DNA of 64,000 bases from Octopus vulgaris (GCA_951406725.2 OX597826.1:68076001-68140000), one strand, 5' to 3'; positions 1-14,728 are shown, counted from the first letter of the stretch. Numbers and translations: made by a program. The notes: a model not told the origin generated them from the sequence alone.

Positions 1-214
1 CAAATCTGAAACGAACTGCAGGTCTGTCATATTACTATTCTTCTTGTAAACGGATGGACACGCATACACACACACAAACACACACACACACACGCATAAG
101 TGTGACGTCTAAGCAGCATACTGATTGGTCGAACTACACATAAAACTTACGCGCTCACCAAACCGTGATATATAACCCACGTTCTTTCTTCATTCTTGCG
201 CCCTTTTCCAGCCT

Positions 215-472
215 AGACAGGCTCATGGACCCGGTTTCCCGGTTTCTGTGATATATGTGTTCACCCTAGCTGGGCGGGACGCCAGTTCATCACAGCAGTA
301 CTCAAGAAACAGGAAGAAAGATTGAGAGAAAGTGGGGGCGAAAGAGTACAACAAGGGTCACCACCCTCCACTGCCGGAGCCTCGTGGAGCTTTAGATGTT
401 TTCGCTCAATAAACACACAGAACGCCCGCTCTGGGAATCGAAACCTCGATCCCCCGACTGCGAGTCCGCTGC
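215..472 (-). mobile_element. tRNA-headed SINE (family A head, V-domain-like tail), 5' truncated
   Basis: The reverse complement reads GCAGCGGACTCGCAGTCGGGGGATCGAGGTTTCGATTCCCAGA (B box) and matches the head of 1488-1764. The tail resembles the copies at 17520-17810 and 62212-62493. Confidence 0.8.
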
Positions 473-562
473 TTTATAAAAAGATATAATTCGTAAGATT
501 CGGCTTGGTGGATCCCATCGGAAGGTATTTAAACGATAAACAGACAGACACTCATTCTCAGT

Positions 563-710
<148 letters not shown>

Positions 711-1036
711 CCACTTCGGATCCTAATGTAAGCGTTATTAATAATATTGTGAATGATAATAATGATAGCATTAATGGTATTGACAACGATAATGATGCTA
801 ATTTTAATGACACTTTGGAAATTAGTAAGAAGTAATATAATGTACTATTGACTATGTATATTTGCATCTAGGTACTAATATGTGTATGTTTATTATCACA
901 ATATTAAGTTGAAGAACTGTAACATTGAATTTAGAACGTATATATGTTTACTAATTTATATTATTTATTTACATTATCATGTATATGTTTATTTTTATAT
1001 GTATAGGAGTGTGAGTATATGCACCATATGTATATG

Positions 1037-1169
1037 TATATCTCCGAGGAGGCCTTATGATATTTTTGTAAATGTCTCATTTATATCTATATATTGACCT
1101 ACCATAAAAGGCCAATATTTGTAAAATGAGACATACTTATCTACATGGCCGAAACAGCTGTAAGATGTA
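1037..1169 (+). ncRNA. Type I hammerhead ribozyme-like motif with extended stem II (Penelope-like repeat), core variant CCGAGGA
   Basis: Stem I is TATATCT/AGATGTA. The core is CCGAGGA (1044-1050). Stem II is GGCC...GGCC and encloses a TGTCTCATTTTA/TAAAATGAGACA hairpin. GAAAC-AGCT-GTA follows at 1151-1162. It lies in a (TA)n-flanked island at about 707-1390. Confidence 0.7.
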
Positions 1170-1406
1170 ATCTATACTTATATTTACTTATATGTATATT
1201 CTCTTTTTTATATATATTCTACTTATTATACAACATCACTCTTTTATGTACACTTTTTTATGTACATTCCTTTACGTACACTGATTTGTTCTGCATTTTT
1301 ATGTCTAACCCTACAGTCTCTTATGTGGTGGTTTAATAAAGTATGTGACTGAGTATTATATGGTAATTGATATTTGATTTAGATGTATTTTTCCATTTTC
1401 TTATCT

Positions 1407-1487
<81 letters not shown>

Positions 1488-1491
<4 letters not shown>

Positions 1492-1764
1492 AAGCGCAAT
1501 GGCTCAGTGGTTAGGGCAGCGGACTCGCGGTCGTAGGATCGCGGTTTCGATTCCCAGACCGGGCGTTGTGTGTGTTTATTGAGCGAAAACACCTAAAAGC
1601 TCCACGAGGCTCCGGCAGGGGGTGGTGATCCCTGCTGTACTCTTTCACCACTCTTTATCTCACTCTTTCTTCTGTTGGCCTGCGCGCTAAAAACAATGCG
1701 AACACATTGTGACCAGCGATGTGTTGCAACATCTGATGGTCTGGTCGGTCACGTGATCACGTGA
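1488..1764 (+). mobile_element. tRNA-headed SINE, family A
   Basis: A box TGGCTCAGTGG and B box GGTTTCGATTCC. It ends in GGTCACGTGATCACGTGA followed by (TA)n. Homologous copies lie at 17822-18135 and 19040-19325. Confidence 0.9.
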
Positions 1765-1795
<31 letters not shown>

Positions 1796-1999
1796 TGTCA
1801 CTCTCTCAAATTTCCCTTGAATTTAAAAGAAGAAAAATGGAGCGTGTATCAGTATACTTGCTCAATTGTCTAAGCAAGTATACTTAAAGAAAAAACCTCA
1901 AAGGCAAAAGAAGAGAAGACACGACATGCAGCTGTACGGACCAAACATTTGTTTCGGTTTGAGGTGCAACACTAGATGGCGTCTGACAAGCTCAGCAGT

Positions 2000-2032
2000 A
2001 AATAATAACGTCGATGACAACGATAATAACAG

Positions 2033-2063
<31 letters not shown>

Positions 2064-2215
2064 AATAATAATAATAATATTAATAATAATAATAATAATA
2101 ATAATGATAATAATAATAATAATAATAGTAGTAGTAAAAATAATAATAATAATAATAATACGAAGAAGAAGAAGAAGCAGAAGAAGAAGAAGAAAAAGAA
2201 GAAGAAAGAGAATAA
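2000..2215. repeat. Compound (AAC)/(AAT)/(AAG) microsatellite
   Basis: Direct reading. It explains the poly-N/K/I ORFs. Confidence 0.95.
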
Positions 2216-2249
2216 TCATGTTAGAAATTCACAGCATTCAACACTCAGG

Positions 2250-2720
2250 TCCTTCATCTCTGTTTCCGTCTCCCTCTAACTGTGAGTTCCTGACTCAACA
2301 AATATGCTTGTTTGATGAAACGATGTTATCTCACTATACACAGAGAATAATGCAATACCCAATTAAGATGTCATATGTTCCTTAATTTCCTTCCCTACGA
2401 CTAAGCGGAAGCGTAATACTTGTTCTAACACGAAATATCTGATATGCCAACCATTTTTAATAATGCCTTAGTCTTTTCGTCTGGCAAACTTGTATCTTTG
2501 GTGAAAATCAACAGCGGCAATTTACGAATATAATAACACGCTAAATTCTGTTGGACATAGCAAGAAAACAATTCTTTCTGTAAGTGATCTAGATAACTGT
2601 CAATGGATACAATCTTTGCAGTATATTGATTTGTTATTAAGTCACGAGATCCCACATATGTTTGAGTCTCCTGTAGGAAATTGGGAACTCTTTGAACGAG
2701 GTATTGGCAATTATAACGGT
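2250..2720 (-). pseudogene. Possible highly decayed hAT (Charlie/Buster-like) transposase remnant
   Basis: Fragmentary minus-strand translations (…LPDEKTKALLKMVG…LEQVLRFRLVVGKEIKEHM) loosely follow the hAT N-terminal pattern. There are many stops and frameshifts. Confidence 0.25.
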
Positions 2721-2835
2721 GAGAGTTTCAGACTATTGCTGTATGCAGAAATATCCAAAAGATTGCAGAATGTATATTTGTTTGATTGCATGCATTCGCA
2801 TATGTTATGCCTTCAAGCATTCACCTGTATACGTA

Positions 2836-3231
2836 TACTCTTTTACACTTTTACTTGTTTCAGTCATTTGAGTGTGGCTATGCTGGAGCACCGCCTTTAG
2901 TCGAGCAAATCGACCCCGGGACTTATTCTTTGTAAGCCCAGTACTTATTCTATCGGACTATTTTGCCGAACCGCTAAGTGACGGGACGTAAACACACCAG
3001 CATCGGTTGCGGGACAAACACAGACACACAAACACACACATACATACATATATATATACATATATACGACAGGCTTCTTTTCAGTTTCCGTCTACCAAAT
3101 CCACTCACAAGGCATTAGTCGGCCCGGGGCTATAGCAGAAGACACTTGCCCAAGATGTCACGCAGTGGGACTGAAACCGGAACCATGTGGTTGGTTAGCA
3201 AGCTACTTACCACACAGCCACTCCAGCGCCT
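2836..3231 (-). mobile_element. tRNA-headed SINE, family C (internal CA/TA microsatellite, GAGTAAAA-type tail)
   Basis: It is the reverse complement of AGGCGC.GGAGTGGCTGTGTGGTAAGTAGCTTGC…CTTGGGCAAGTGTCTTCT…. It is near-identical to 59862-60276. Confidence 0.9.
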
Positions 3232-3242
3232 ATGTATAACTA

Positions 3243-3460
3243 TTTTTGCTCTTTTACCCTTTCACTTGTCTCAGTCGTTTCGCTGTGGCCATGCTGGAGC
3301 ACCGCCTTTGGTCGAGCAAATCGACCCCAGGACTTATTTTTTGTAAGCCTAGTACTCGTTCTATCGGTCTCTTTTTGTCGAACCGCTAATTTACGTGGAC
3401 GGAAACACACCAGCATCGGTTGTCAAGTGATGTTGGGGTGTCAAACACAGACACACAAAC

Positions 3461-3493
<33 letters not shown>

Positions 3494-3513
3494 TATACAT
3501 ACATACACACACA

Positions 3514-3580
<67 letters not shown>

Positions 3581-3738
3581 GACGGTCTTCTTTCAGTTTC
3601 CGTCTACCAAATCCACTCATAAATCTTTGGTCGTTCCGAGGCCATAGTGAAAAACACTTGCGTAAGGTGCAAGGGATTGAACACGGAACCATGTGGTTCA
3701 TAAGCAAGCTACTTACTACACAGCCACTTCTACGCCTA
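3243..3738 (-). mobile_element. Second, tandem copy of SINE family C
   Basis: It has the same layout as 2836-3231, is more diverged and has an expanded internal microsatellite. Confidence 0.85.
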
Positions 3739-4410
3739 TTTATATACGAATTCGTTCACTATTTTATAATTGGCATTTTAAATTCCGTTTTCACAAGGCA
3801 ACCTACCCAGTGGCAATCACGGACTAAAAAAAAGAATACTAATAATAAACTGAGTAAAAATATTTTTCAGCGAAAGGTACACTTGTCCTCCTTTTGTCCT
3901 TTGCCCAACCAGTTATTCTTTGGATTTTGCGAATGTTTCAAAGAGTATTTTTATTCCCTATCGTGTATTAAAGCGCAGCGTAATCAATTTATGGAGCAAA
4001 ATTCTATCTCTAAGAATCCAACGTGACCACAGCTTGCTTCAGCAAAGCTGGTTATATACCATGCAGGTCTAATAATAATACACATATACGGCTTAATGTG
4101 AATTTTCAGTACTGCATTCGTAGGTTTTATCAATGATACTTCGAATTCTTCCTTTTCTCGATTCTGACTTCAACATCAGAGCTGCTTCCATTTAAAAGTT
4201 ACTGATAATATGGCCGCTGGCTTGGATTATTATATTCTTTTATATTTTCAGTTTTCTCGGGTTCACCTAATATTACTTTGATTGAAACAATTATTTACTA
4301 TGAAACAGCTAATTGACGAACGAGATCCTCAATTTTTTAAAATACGTTTCTCGATGTTCTGAGTTCAAACACAACCGAAGTTAGATGCCAACAAATAAAA
4401 TATACGAGCT

Positions 4411-5040
<630 letters not shown>

Positions 5041-5394
5041 AGAGAAAAAATGTGGCATCTCAAGGCGGTTACAATACCAGTGATCGTAGGAGCACTAGGA
5101 ATGATCAAGAAGGGAACCGAAAATTATATGAGAATGATCCCTGGCTTACCATCCCTGCAAGAAGTGCAAAAGATTGTCTTAACTGGTACATCACACGTAT
5201 TGAGAAGAGCATTGTCGATGTGAGAACTGTTGCTGCTCATGTATTTTAATTTAACTTTAAAAAAAAAAAAAAAAATGAACGAACTACTGAGTTTGGTTTA
5301 ATGGCCTACCAATGTATACTATGAGTTTCTTTGCCCTAGGAGTCTGGAAGACACTCGGCAAGAAATGGAAGCAAATTTGAAAGAAGAAAAAAAA

Positions 5395-5395
<1 letters not shown>
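5041..5395 (+). mobile_element. 5'-truncated R4/Dong-clade (RLE) non-LTR retrotransposon 3' end
   Basis: It encodes EKMWHLKAVTIPVIVGALGMIKKG…LQEVQKIVLTGTSHVLRRALSM* (stop ends at 5223), typical of the C-terminus of R4/Dong/Rex6 ORFs. A 3' UTR follows, and (TAA)n lies on both sides. Confidence 0.8.
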
Positions 5396-5429
<34 letters not shown>

Positions 5430-5430
5430 C

Positions 5431-5473
<43 letters not shown>

Positions 5474-6061
5474 CAACAATAATAGTTTCAAATTTGAACA
5501 CAAGGATAACAAGTTCTGGAAAGGGGGTAAGTCGTCTACGTTGAACCCAATGTTCAACTGATACTTATTTTACCAACCCGAAAATGATGAGAGGCAAAGT
5601 CAACTTCGACAGATTTTTAGCTCAGATCAAATCATATTGACAGTTGCATTTTCTGAGTTATTTATTTTCTTCAATTCCCAGTAACGTGTGAAATTAGGTA
5701 TTTCTTTGAAACAACTTTTCCTTAGTGTTCATCAAGTTCTTCTTAAGCATGTTGTTATAGAAAACATATCTTGTGATGACATGAGGATATTTTGGAGATT
5801 AATTTAACGACGTTGCTGAATAGGTTATTCAAATTGATAAGAGCGGTTTTAGAAATGTTGACAATATACTCGGATGCTTATCTTCGTTCTCTGTGAGGCT
5901 TATATCTGTCTGTGGCGAAATCTAATGTAGCATACGAGAGAATGGTACGATGTTTTGATTATATAGCAATTTCGATGTTTAGTCACCATTCCTTGAAACT
6001 ACTAAGTATGTCTCCAGGTTTGGTCTCTTTCTTAATGTGCCTTAGTATTATCTGAGATATG

Positions 6062-6510
6062 AGGCAGCGAGCTGGCAGAACGGATACGCACTGGGCAAAA
6101 GGCTTAGCGGTATTTCGTCTGTCTTTACGTTCTGAGTTCAAATTCCGCTGATGTCGACTTTGTCGTTCAACCATTCGCGGTCGATAAATTAAGTACCAGA
6201 TGCGTACTGGGGTCGGTCTAATCGACTGCCCCTTCCCACCCCCCAAAATAATTCGGGCCTTGTGCCTAGTGTAGAAAAGAATATTACCTGAGATATAAGG
6301 CAGCCAGCTAGCAGAACGGATATGCGCTGGGCAAAAGGCTTAGCGGCATTTCGTCTGTCTTTACGTTCTGAGTCCAAATTCCGCCGAGGTTAATTTGACT
6401 TATAACCTTTTGGGTTCAATAAAATAATTACCAGTTGAATACTGTGGTCGATGTAATCAATTTGCTCCTCCTTCGAAATTGCTTGCCCTGTACCAAGATT
6501 TGAAACCAAT
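6062..6510 (+). mobile_element. Two tandem SINE family B copies (Meta/MESC-domain-like)
   Basis: Both read AGGC.GC.AGCT.GCAGAA…GTTCTGAGT.CAAATTCCGC… followed by the family core. A further decayed copy lies at about 6577-6780. Confidence 0.8.
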
Positions 6511-6854
6511 GCCATCTGAGATGGTTATGCCGTTATCACTGTACATTCCTCTATCAGATGATATTTAGTTCAATGAAGGCGACGAGCTGATAGATTAGTT
6601 AACATAGGGTCAAAATGCTTAGTGTTACATATGTTCTGAGTTCAACTACCCTCACAGTCAAATCTGCGTTTCGTCCTCTCGGGCACGAGGAAACGTATCA
6701 TTACAGTACTAGAGTCGATGCAATCAACAAGGCTCATCAATCAAACTTCCATGTCTTCTGCCAATATTAGAAATGATATCTACTTCGACGAAATTGGAAA
6801 ATTCGGTAAATTTCAGATGACACACATTGATATTGCATAAAAGAATGTATTATG

Positions 6855-6889
<35 letters not shown>

Positions 6890-7366
6890 TTACAAATGCA
6901 CACACGTAATAATCTTTTCGCTCTCTGTCTCTCTGTCTGTCTGTCTCTCTTTGTATATAAATGCTTTATTACATTGAGGGCTGTTACCCTACGTAAGCCA
7001 CGCGTGTGGCTTTATTTACAGTAAAATTCCTTAATATAATAATGTATTTAAAAAAAAAATTATATACTTTGTATTAAATTTTACTATCTTTGGTTTTACA
7101 CGTTGAGATGTTTAATTGATATATATATATTAACGGTCTACTGGTAAAATTCAGGCTATAAAATTTGTTGAAAGTTGCGATATATTTCCACGTAAGGTGA
7201 ACATAATTTTCGTATGATTCCGTAACTTCGAAATTTCTTTTATTCTAAAGAAGAAGGCAGTGATTTAGAAGAATCATTAACACGCTGGACAAACTGCTCA
7301 AAGGTATTTCACCAGTCTTAACGTTCTGAGTTCAAATTCCTGCTGCGGTCGATTTTGCATTTCATC

Positions 7367-7421
<55 letters not shown>

Positions 7422-9044
7422 GCACGCACAGACTCATACAAATACATATGAGCATGCACAGACACAGATTCACATATACAAACACAAACCCAGAGGAGAA
7501 ATGAAGATAAATGGAAATTTATATTATTTGCCCCTACGTAAGTTTCCCCATTGTGGCTTAATGGATCCCAGCAGCAGGCATTCCCGATTTTGTCATAGCA
7601 CATGAATTTTTTACTCGTTTGGTTAGTCGGCAACGAGAATCAGAGAAGCAGCATTTAAAGAATCTTCGATCTCTATAAAATAAATACAATCTACTTTCGT
7701 GTGTTAGGTACATATACATTAGTATTTAAACACGGACATACAAACATACATGCGCGTAGCATATATTAATACGATTATGTATATATTTGTGAATGTGAGC
7801 ACATTTCTCTGTGTGTGTGTGAGTGTGTGTGTGTGTGTGTGTGTGTATGTATGCAGTGAGAGAGAAAGAAAGATGGAGAGAGAATAATTGAAATAAAACA
7901 ATCGATGCTATGTAGCTGAAAATAAAAACATGGCAGTATAATATACGCTTATTTTAATACACATCTATCTTGAGATGTTTTTAATTCACTTAAAGTTATG
8001 TTATATAATATTAATAAATATTTCTCCAAACTCTAACTTCGGTACTTTCTGCTTAAAAGATGCATTCTCTTAGTCTGTATGGGGGAATATTTTCGCAAAC
8101 ACGAGCAAGCAAGAAAACTGACACAACCATACATAAATGCACAGACATTACGCATATCTATGTGTGAATGTATGAGTATATATTATATATATATACATAT
8201 TTCTGTACGTGCATATGTGTGAATGCATGGATGTAATGTTTATGTGTATATAGATGCTTACATAAAAACATTAGAAACTTAACTGTCCTCTCTGTAGTAT
8301 TATGTTTGTTCGGTAAACAAGAAATGAACAGATATATCTGTTGCTATTTTTCGCACTGAAATTGTTGTTTACAACAAACCGTTGTTACAACATTTCAAAA
8401 TATTTTTTTCTTCCTTCGTTTTTCATAATTTAAAAAATAAAAAAAAAAACGATATTTTTTCTTCCTCCTTATCTATCAATCTAATAATCTGCTAATTTCT
8501 TTTTTTTTTGCGTTTTCTCTTTCGCATTTAGTTTTCAGACGTAATTCTTATCAATACATCGATTTAACAGAGGATATATTGTTTTGTTGATTTGTTTGTT
8601 TTCTACTTTCATTATACATTAGCGGAAGTCAACAAAACAATGCCAAATGTAGAACAGACGAAAATAAAAATCTGCCCAGTTAAATTGCTCTAAGGAAGTA
8701 TTCTGTCTCAGACATTCACACATGTATGTGAGAGTCCGAGTATGGCGTTTTAAGTAGAATTTATTTTACAGCGAGAAACTGTCAGTTTATTCTGACTTAA
8801 ATGTTAGTCTGTGGAAAGGAGTGCTATCGATTCCTGCATGTACGTATGTATGTATGTATGTATGTATGTATGTATGTATGTATGTATGTATGTATGTATG
8901 TATGTATGTATGTATGTAGGTAGGTATGTAGGTATGTAGGTATGTATGTATGTATGTATGTATGTATGTATGTATGTATGTATGTATGTATGTATGTATG
9001 TATGTATGTATGTATGTATGTATGTATGTTTGTATGTATGTATG

Positions 9045-9662
9045 TGAAGGCGCATGGCTCGGTGGTTAGGGCGTCGAGGTTACGATCGTGAAGTTGTGAG
9101 TTCTATTCCCGGACCGGGCTGCATAAGTTAAGTTAAGTTAATTTTTTGGCTCAAAAAGCAAAAAGCAAGGCTACGTAGGGAGACATGGAGTTATGTACAG
9201 GGTGGTGTTCATGCAAAGAGTTCAGACCATTTGTGGTCAAGGGAGACTTTGAACCGAGCGGTTGTCGGCATCTTCACTATCTCGTCCGGCAGCTTATTGC
9301 ACAGATCCGCAAACCGGACGGAGAAAGCCCCTCTCCTTCGATTGAGATGAAATCGTCGCAGATAGAGCTTTTGATGTTGTGAGCAAGAATAAGATCACCA
9401 CGGCGTGCATGTTGTGTTCTTGAGCAAGACACTTTATTTCATTTTGTTTCAGTGAACAAATCTGTAGAAATGAGTTGCGACATCTCTGGTGCCAAGCTCT
9501 ATCGGCCTTTTCTTTTCCCTTGGATAACACCGGTGACGTGGAGAGGGGAGGCTGGTATGCATGGGCGACTGCTGGTCTTCTTTAAACAACTTTGCCCAGG
9601 CTTGTACCTCGGAGGGTAACATTCTAGGTGCAATCCAATGGTCATTCATGACCGAAGGGGCT
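9045..9662 (+). mobile_element. tRNA-headed SINE (family D) interrupted by a CR1 fragment
   Basis: A box TGGCTCGGTGG and B box GAGTTCTATTCC. It resumes at about 9405 with CORE-like GTTCTTGAGCAAGACACTT and ends GTCATTCATGACCGAAGGGG. The same family occurs on the minus strand at about 47790-48132. Confidence 0.8.
9125..9404 (-). mobile_element. CR1-clade LINE 3' fragment
   Basis: The minus strand encodes RGDLILAHNI / QKLYLRRFHLNRRRGAFSVRFADLCNKLPDEIVKMPTTARFKVSLDHKWSELFA*, a CR1 ORF2 C-terminal pattern with an internal deletion. A short 3' UTR and a (TTAAC)n tail follow. Confidence 0.8.
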
Positions 9663-9730
9663 CCTCGTGTATTTATGTATCTATCTATCTATCCATCTAT
9701 CCATCTATCTATCTATCTATCTATCTATCT

Positions 9731-9892
9731 ATTTTTTCTTCCTTTCCCTTTTTTTCCTCTCCCCCCTTTTTTTGTCCTTTACGATCCCTTTTGATCGAAA
9801 ACCAACCCCCCTTTTTTACCCCCCAAAGAAAAGCTCTACCTTGCAATTTGTCCTGTCTGTGTGCAGCCCTGTGTGGCTAATAAAGAAACATA
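9731..9892 (+). mobile_element. LINE-like 3' UTR fragment after a (TATC)n tract
   Basis: A pyrimidine-rich segment ends CAGCCCTGTGTGGCTAATAAAGAAACATAT. The same terminus recurs alone at about 13498-13527 inside (TATC)n. Confidence 0.6.
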
Positions 9893-10114
9893 TTTATATT
9901 CTGTGTGCACCTATACTTGTATGTATTTATATATGTATAATGTATGTAAAATATATCTATATGAAAGTCCGCCTAGGTCGACTTTGCCTTTCATCCATTC
10001 GGGGTCGATAAATTAAGTACCAGTTACATACTGGAGTCGATCTAATCGATTGGATCCCTCCCCAAATTGTCGGGCCTTGTGCCTAGAGTTGAAGAGAATG
10101 TATTTTAAAAGTCG

Positions 10115-10588
10115 AAATGGGCGAAATGCTTTGTAGTATTTCCTCTGCCGTTACGTTCTGAGTTCAAATTCCGCCGAGGTCGACTTTGCCTTTCCTCCTT
10201 TCGGGGTCGATTAAATAAGTATCAGTTACGCACTGGGGTCGATATAATCGAGTTAATCAGTTTGTCTGTCCTTGTTTGTCCTCTATGTGTTTAGACCCTT
10301 GTGCGTAGTAAAGAAATAGGTATTCCGTCTGCCGTTACGTTCTGAGTTCAAATTCCGCCGAGGTCGACTTTGCCTTTCATCATTTCGGTGTCGATTAAAT
10401 AAGTACCAGTTACGCACTGTGGTCGATATAATCGACTTAATCCGTTTGTTTGTTCTTGTTTTTCCTCTCTGTGTTTAGCCCCTTGTGCTAGTAAAGAAAT
10501 AGGTATTTCGTCTGCCGTGACTTCTGAGTTCAAATTCCGCCGAGGTCGACTTTGCATTTCCTCTTTTCGGGGTCGATTTAATAAGTAC
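10115..10588 (+). mobile_element. Three tandem or nested SINE family B units
   Basis: Repeated …TTCTGAGTTCAAATTCCGCCGAGGTCGACTTTGC… units. The junctions read AAAGAAATA|GGTA at 10319 and 10502. Confidence 0.85.
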
Positions 10589-10719
10589 CCACTAATCGAC
10601 CCCGTTACTTATTTTTCTTTTAAAACTTGATAGTTATTTTGTCGGACTCTTTTACCGAACAGTTATATTAGGGGGAGGGAAATACACTGACACCGCTTGT
10701 CAAAAGGATACAGAGACTT

Positions 10720-10750
<31 letters not shown>

Positions 10751-10935
10751 CGCCGAGCTTCTTTCAGTTTCCATCTACCAAATTCACTCACAAGGGTTAC
10801 GTCGGCCCGCGGCCATAATAAAAAGCATTTTCCCACGATAACAGACTGTGGGTCTGAAATCTAAACCATGTAGGTGGGAATCAAACCTCTAATCACAGAG
10901 CCATATTTGGGTCTATCCCTATTTGTATTCATGCC

Positions 10936-11075
<140 letters not shown>

Positions 11076-11089
11076 TTATCTATCTATCC

Positions 11090-11138
<49 letters not shown>

Positions 11139-11190
11139 CATATATCAGTCTGTCTGTCTGTTTGTCTATCTATCTATCCACCTATATATA

Positions 11191-11274
<84 letters not shown>

Positions 11275-11764
11275 TATATGTGTGTGTGTGTGTATGTATA
11301 CATAAATATATATATATATATATCTTTCTATATATCTATATATCCGTCTATATATCTGTGTGTGTGTGTGTATGAGTGGTGTTACGACAAGTGAGTCTAT
11401 ACGAATATATGTGCACAAACGACTGCATTTCTGTATGAATTGCATTCGTGTGTATTTTGTTTCATGTCTATTATCATACATATAATTTCCTAGGGTACAT
11501 TCATCTGTATGTGTTGCCACGTATATGTGTGCATGTGTTATTGCACGGCGTTTTTAACAGTGAAAGTGGGCGTATTGTGGGCGCGCCTCTGCATGTGGTG
11601 TGTGTGTCTGTCTGCGTGTGATAGTATAAGTTTGTGTATGAATGCATGCTTATAAGGAAGTGTATGTGTGTGCGCGTGAGGGGGCGTGTCATACATCAGA
11701 TTGCGTGTATTAATTTACTAATAGCAACAGCAGTATCAGAAACAGTAGGGCATACAAACTGAAC

Positions 11765-11859
<95 letters not shown>

Positions 11860-12099
11860 ATCTGAGTTAGTAGTAGTTAGTAGAGGCGGTTTTTGGATTA
11901 CAGCAAGTGTAGTAGTTTGCTTTTATGATTTCCGTCTCACGCGCTTCCAAAGTCAAATGGTCTAGTGGTTAAGACGATGGTACACGCGGTCGCATGATCG
12001 CAGTTTCGATTTCAGCGATGAGCGCAGGAAGTTCACTTCATTTCAGATTATTTCTGTCTTACTCATTTGAAAGGTACACTTGTCCAGCTATCGTCTGTG

Positions 12100-12785
12100 T
12101 GTTAAAACTCAAACGAGTATGAGTGCAATGGCGTGTTTCAGATTCTAATATAACTATGATTATTACAAAGGATATACGTAAAAATGATGTGTAGGCTGTG
12201 GTTTCGAATATGATTCTGAATTTAAATGTGACAGTAAAAATGTAAACCTATATTAAACCTGTAATTGTAGATAGGGCTTGAATATGAGTGCTTAATTGTA
12301 TGCGCAAATCTAGGTTTGAAAGAAAAGTTTGCATATCAAATTTTGAGAAAGTCTGGTGACGTTAGAATGGACGTAAGTTTGAGACCCTGCGCAGGTATTT
12401 GTATACATGTGGGTCTAAATTTCATCAAAATGTGGAGGAAACGGAAAATGCTTACCGATGTTGAAAGGAGTTTCACACGAAATTGTCACGAAGTTAACCG
12501 ATAGCTTGTGAATCTCGGAGCACAAATGCAGCGAACAGAGGAAAGAAGCTTGCAGAAGCATTCCGGTTGCGGTTTTAATTCTTGGTTGAATATCCAGGCA
12601 GGAATTAACCATTTTATGGGTTTAAAGAGTTGAGTGTATTTAAATGAGAGTGCAGTTATGGATATAAATATCAGTGCCAGCACAGTATGAGTCCTAATAT
12701 GGAGGTCGTAAGCTTCGAATTGATCGTGAATATAAACACATGAAAACTTGTTTGAGCCAAAGAATGAGTTGTAACCTGTTGCTTC

Positions 12786-12839
<54 letters not shown>

Positions 12840-13300
12840 TGTCTGTGTGTGTGTATGTGTGATATTTGAGCATAGTTTCGAATGCAGTGAGTATGGAGTA
12901 CCTATGCATCATTGCCTGTGTTTCTGTAAAACTTTGATACAATGAATGAAAATACGATATGGGAGCAAGATGTCTTAAGTGTAGGCATCTGCAACAGTTT
13001 ATACATACATTGTGATATTTGAATATTTTACTGAGAGTAGTCCTGGGTATTTTACAGAGGGAATATCAGTGGGGAATTAAATGAGAGTGAAAGTATATAT
13101 ATATAAATACGGAATGGATGGATGTATCTACGAGTAGGCAAGTTACATACCGCAGGAGTCAGAGATTGTGTAGCTGGGATTTGATCTAGTGATTTACACT
13201 GCATAGTTATATTGTTGTGAATATTTATTATGCGTAGCTATGGAAGTATACATTAGTGTGTACGGAGTTCAGTGTCCATCTGAGTAAGAAATATAGTCAA
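12100..13300 (-). pseudogene. Decayed non-LTR (I/Jockey-group-like) ORF2 remnant
   Basis: The minus-strand peptide IQPRIKTATGMLLQASFLCSLHLCSEIHKLSV resembles the post-RT 'QNxxLRxxTG…HLHxExxxLPV' motif. The rest is disrupted. Confidence 0.35.
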
Positions 13301-13335
13301 ATGGGAGAGTTACAAAGGAAAGTGTCCGAGAACGT

Positions 13336-13438
<103 letters not shown>

Positions 13439-13443
13439 CCTAC

Positions 13444-13482
<39 letters not shown>

Positions 13483-13622
13483 CCTATCTATCTATCTCAG
13501 CCCTGTGTGGCTAATAAAGAAACATATCTATTGATATATCTATCAATCTGCCTGTCTATCTGTATATATATTTACCTGTTGATCTATCGATCGATCTACT
13601 TATATATCTATCTATCTATCTG

Positions 13623-13710
<88 letters not shown>

Positions 13711-14449
13711 CCTACCTATCTTACCATTCTCACATAGACTCCCTCTCCCAGCATCAGTATATATACGCAGCTATAAAGATACACATAAATTCACACGAGC
13801 GCGTGATTGTTTTTCCCCCTCCTCAAAGATATATATTTATGTATGCAGCCATTTTAGGTAAGTTAGTATGTATTTTGATATATATACATATGCACACACA
13901 CATACACACACATACATACATAATATGTATGTGTGTGTATCTATGAACTCCCTCCAACTCCCATTTACCCACCATATATTGCACTAACGCTCACCTCTCC
14001 TACTCTATAATCAGTCAAAAGCTATCGCAGCAATTTTTCATCACAATGAATCATTCTCGCTCTCACACCACGCCTCCTCCCTCCAACACCTAACTCCCTA
14101 TTTACCTCTCCAGCTTTCACCCACACCTTCTATCAACGCTCACTATCTCTCTCACACACTCAGAAAATTGTCCCTTATACATATTCCATATAATTATTCA
14201 TAATGTTATCAGGGGTTATGTAAAAGAAAAACAAATTGTTGGTGTTGGAAGAGTGGAGGCATTAACAAAATATATCGCATATATCCATCAACTATGGCAC
14301 AGCAGTTCCTTCTTAAATTAATTTTCAGGTGTATGCAGACACACACACACCAACACACACACACACGCGCACACACAGGTACACACACACACAGAGGTAC
14401 ATACGCAGACACACAATCGTAAGCACACAAATATTTATGTGTATATATT

Positions 14450-14523
<74 letters not shown>

Positions 14524-14532
14524 TATATATGT

Positions 14533-14596
<64 letters not shown>

Positions 14597-14693
14597 CCAA
14601 ACATGAAAACGCAAAGAGAAAACACAAGTATATGGAATAAGTATAGTGTTATTGGACGGTCAGGAAAGGGAAGAAATGAGGATATATAAATAT

Positions 14694-14728
<35 letters not shown>

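Noticed and set aside
1488-1565. Functional tRNA genes at SINE heads (also 9045, 17024, 59862, 63478)
   Set aside because: A and B boxes are present, but the cloverleaves are imperfect and each continues into a repeat body.
3232-4026. 264-aa ORF
   Set aside because: It is mostly an antisense SINE plus microsatellite translation with no domain signature.
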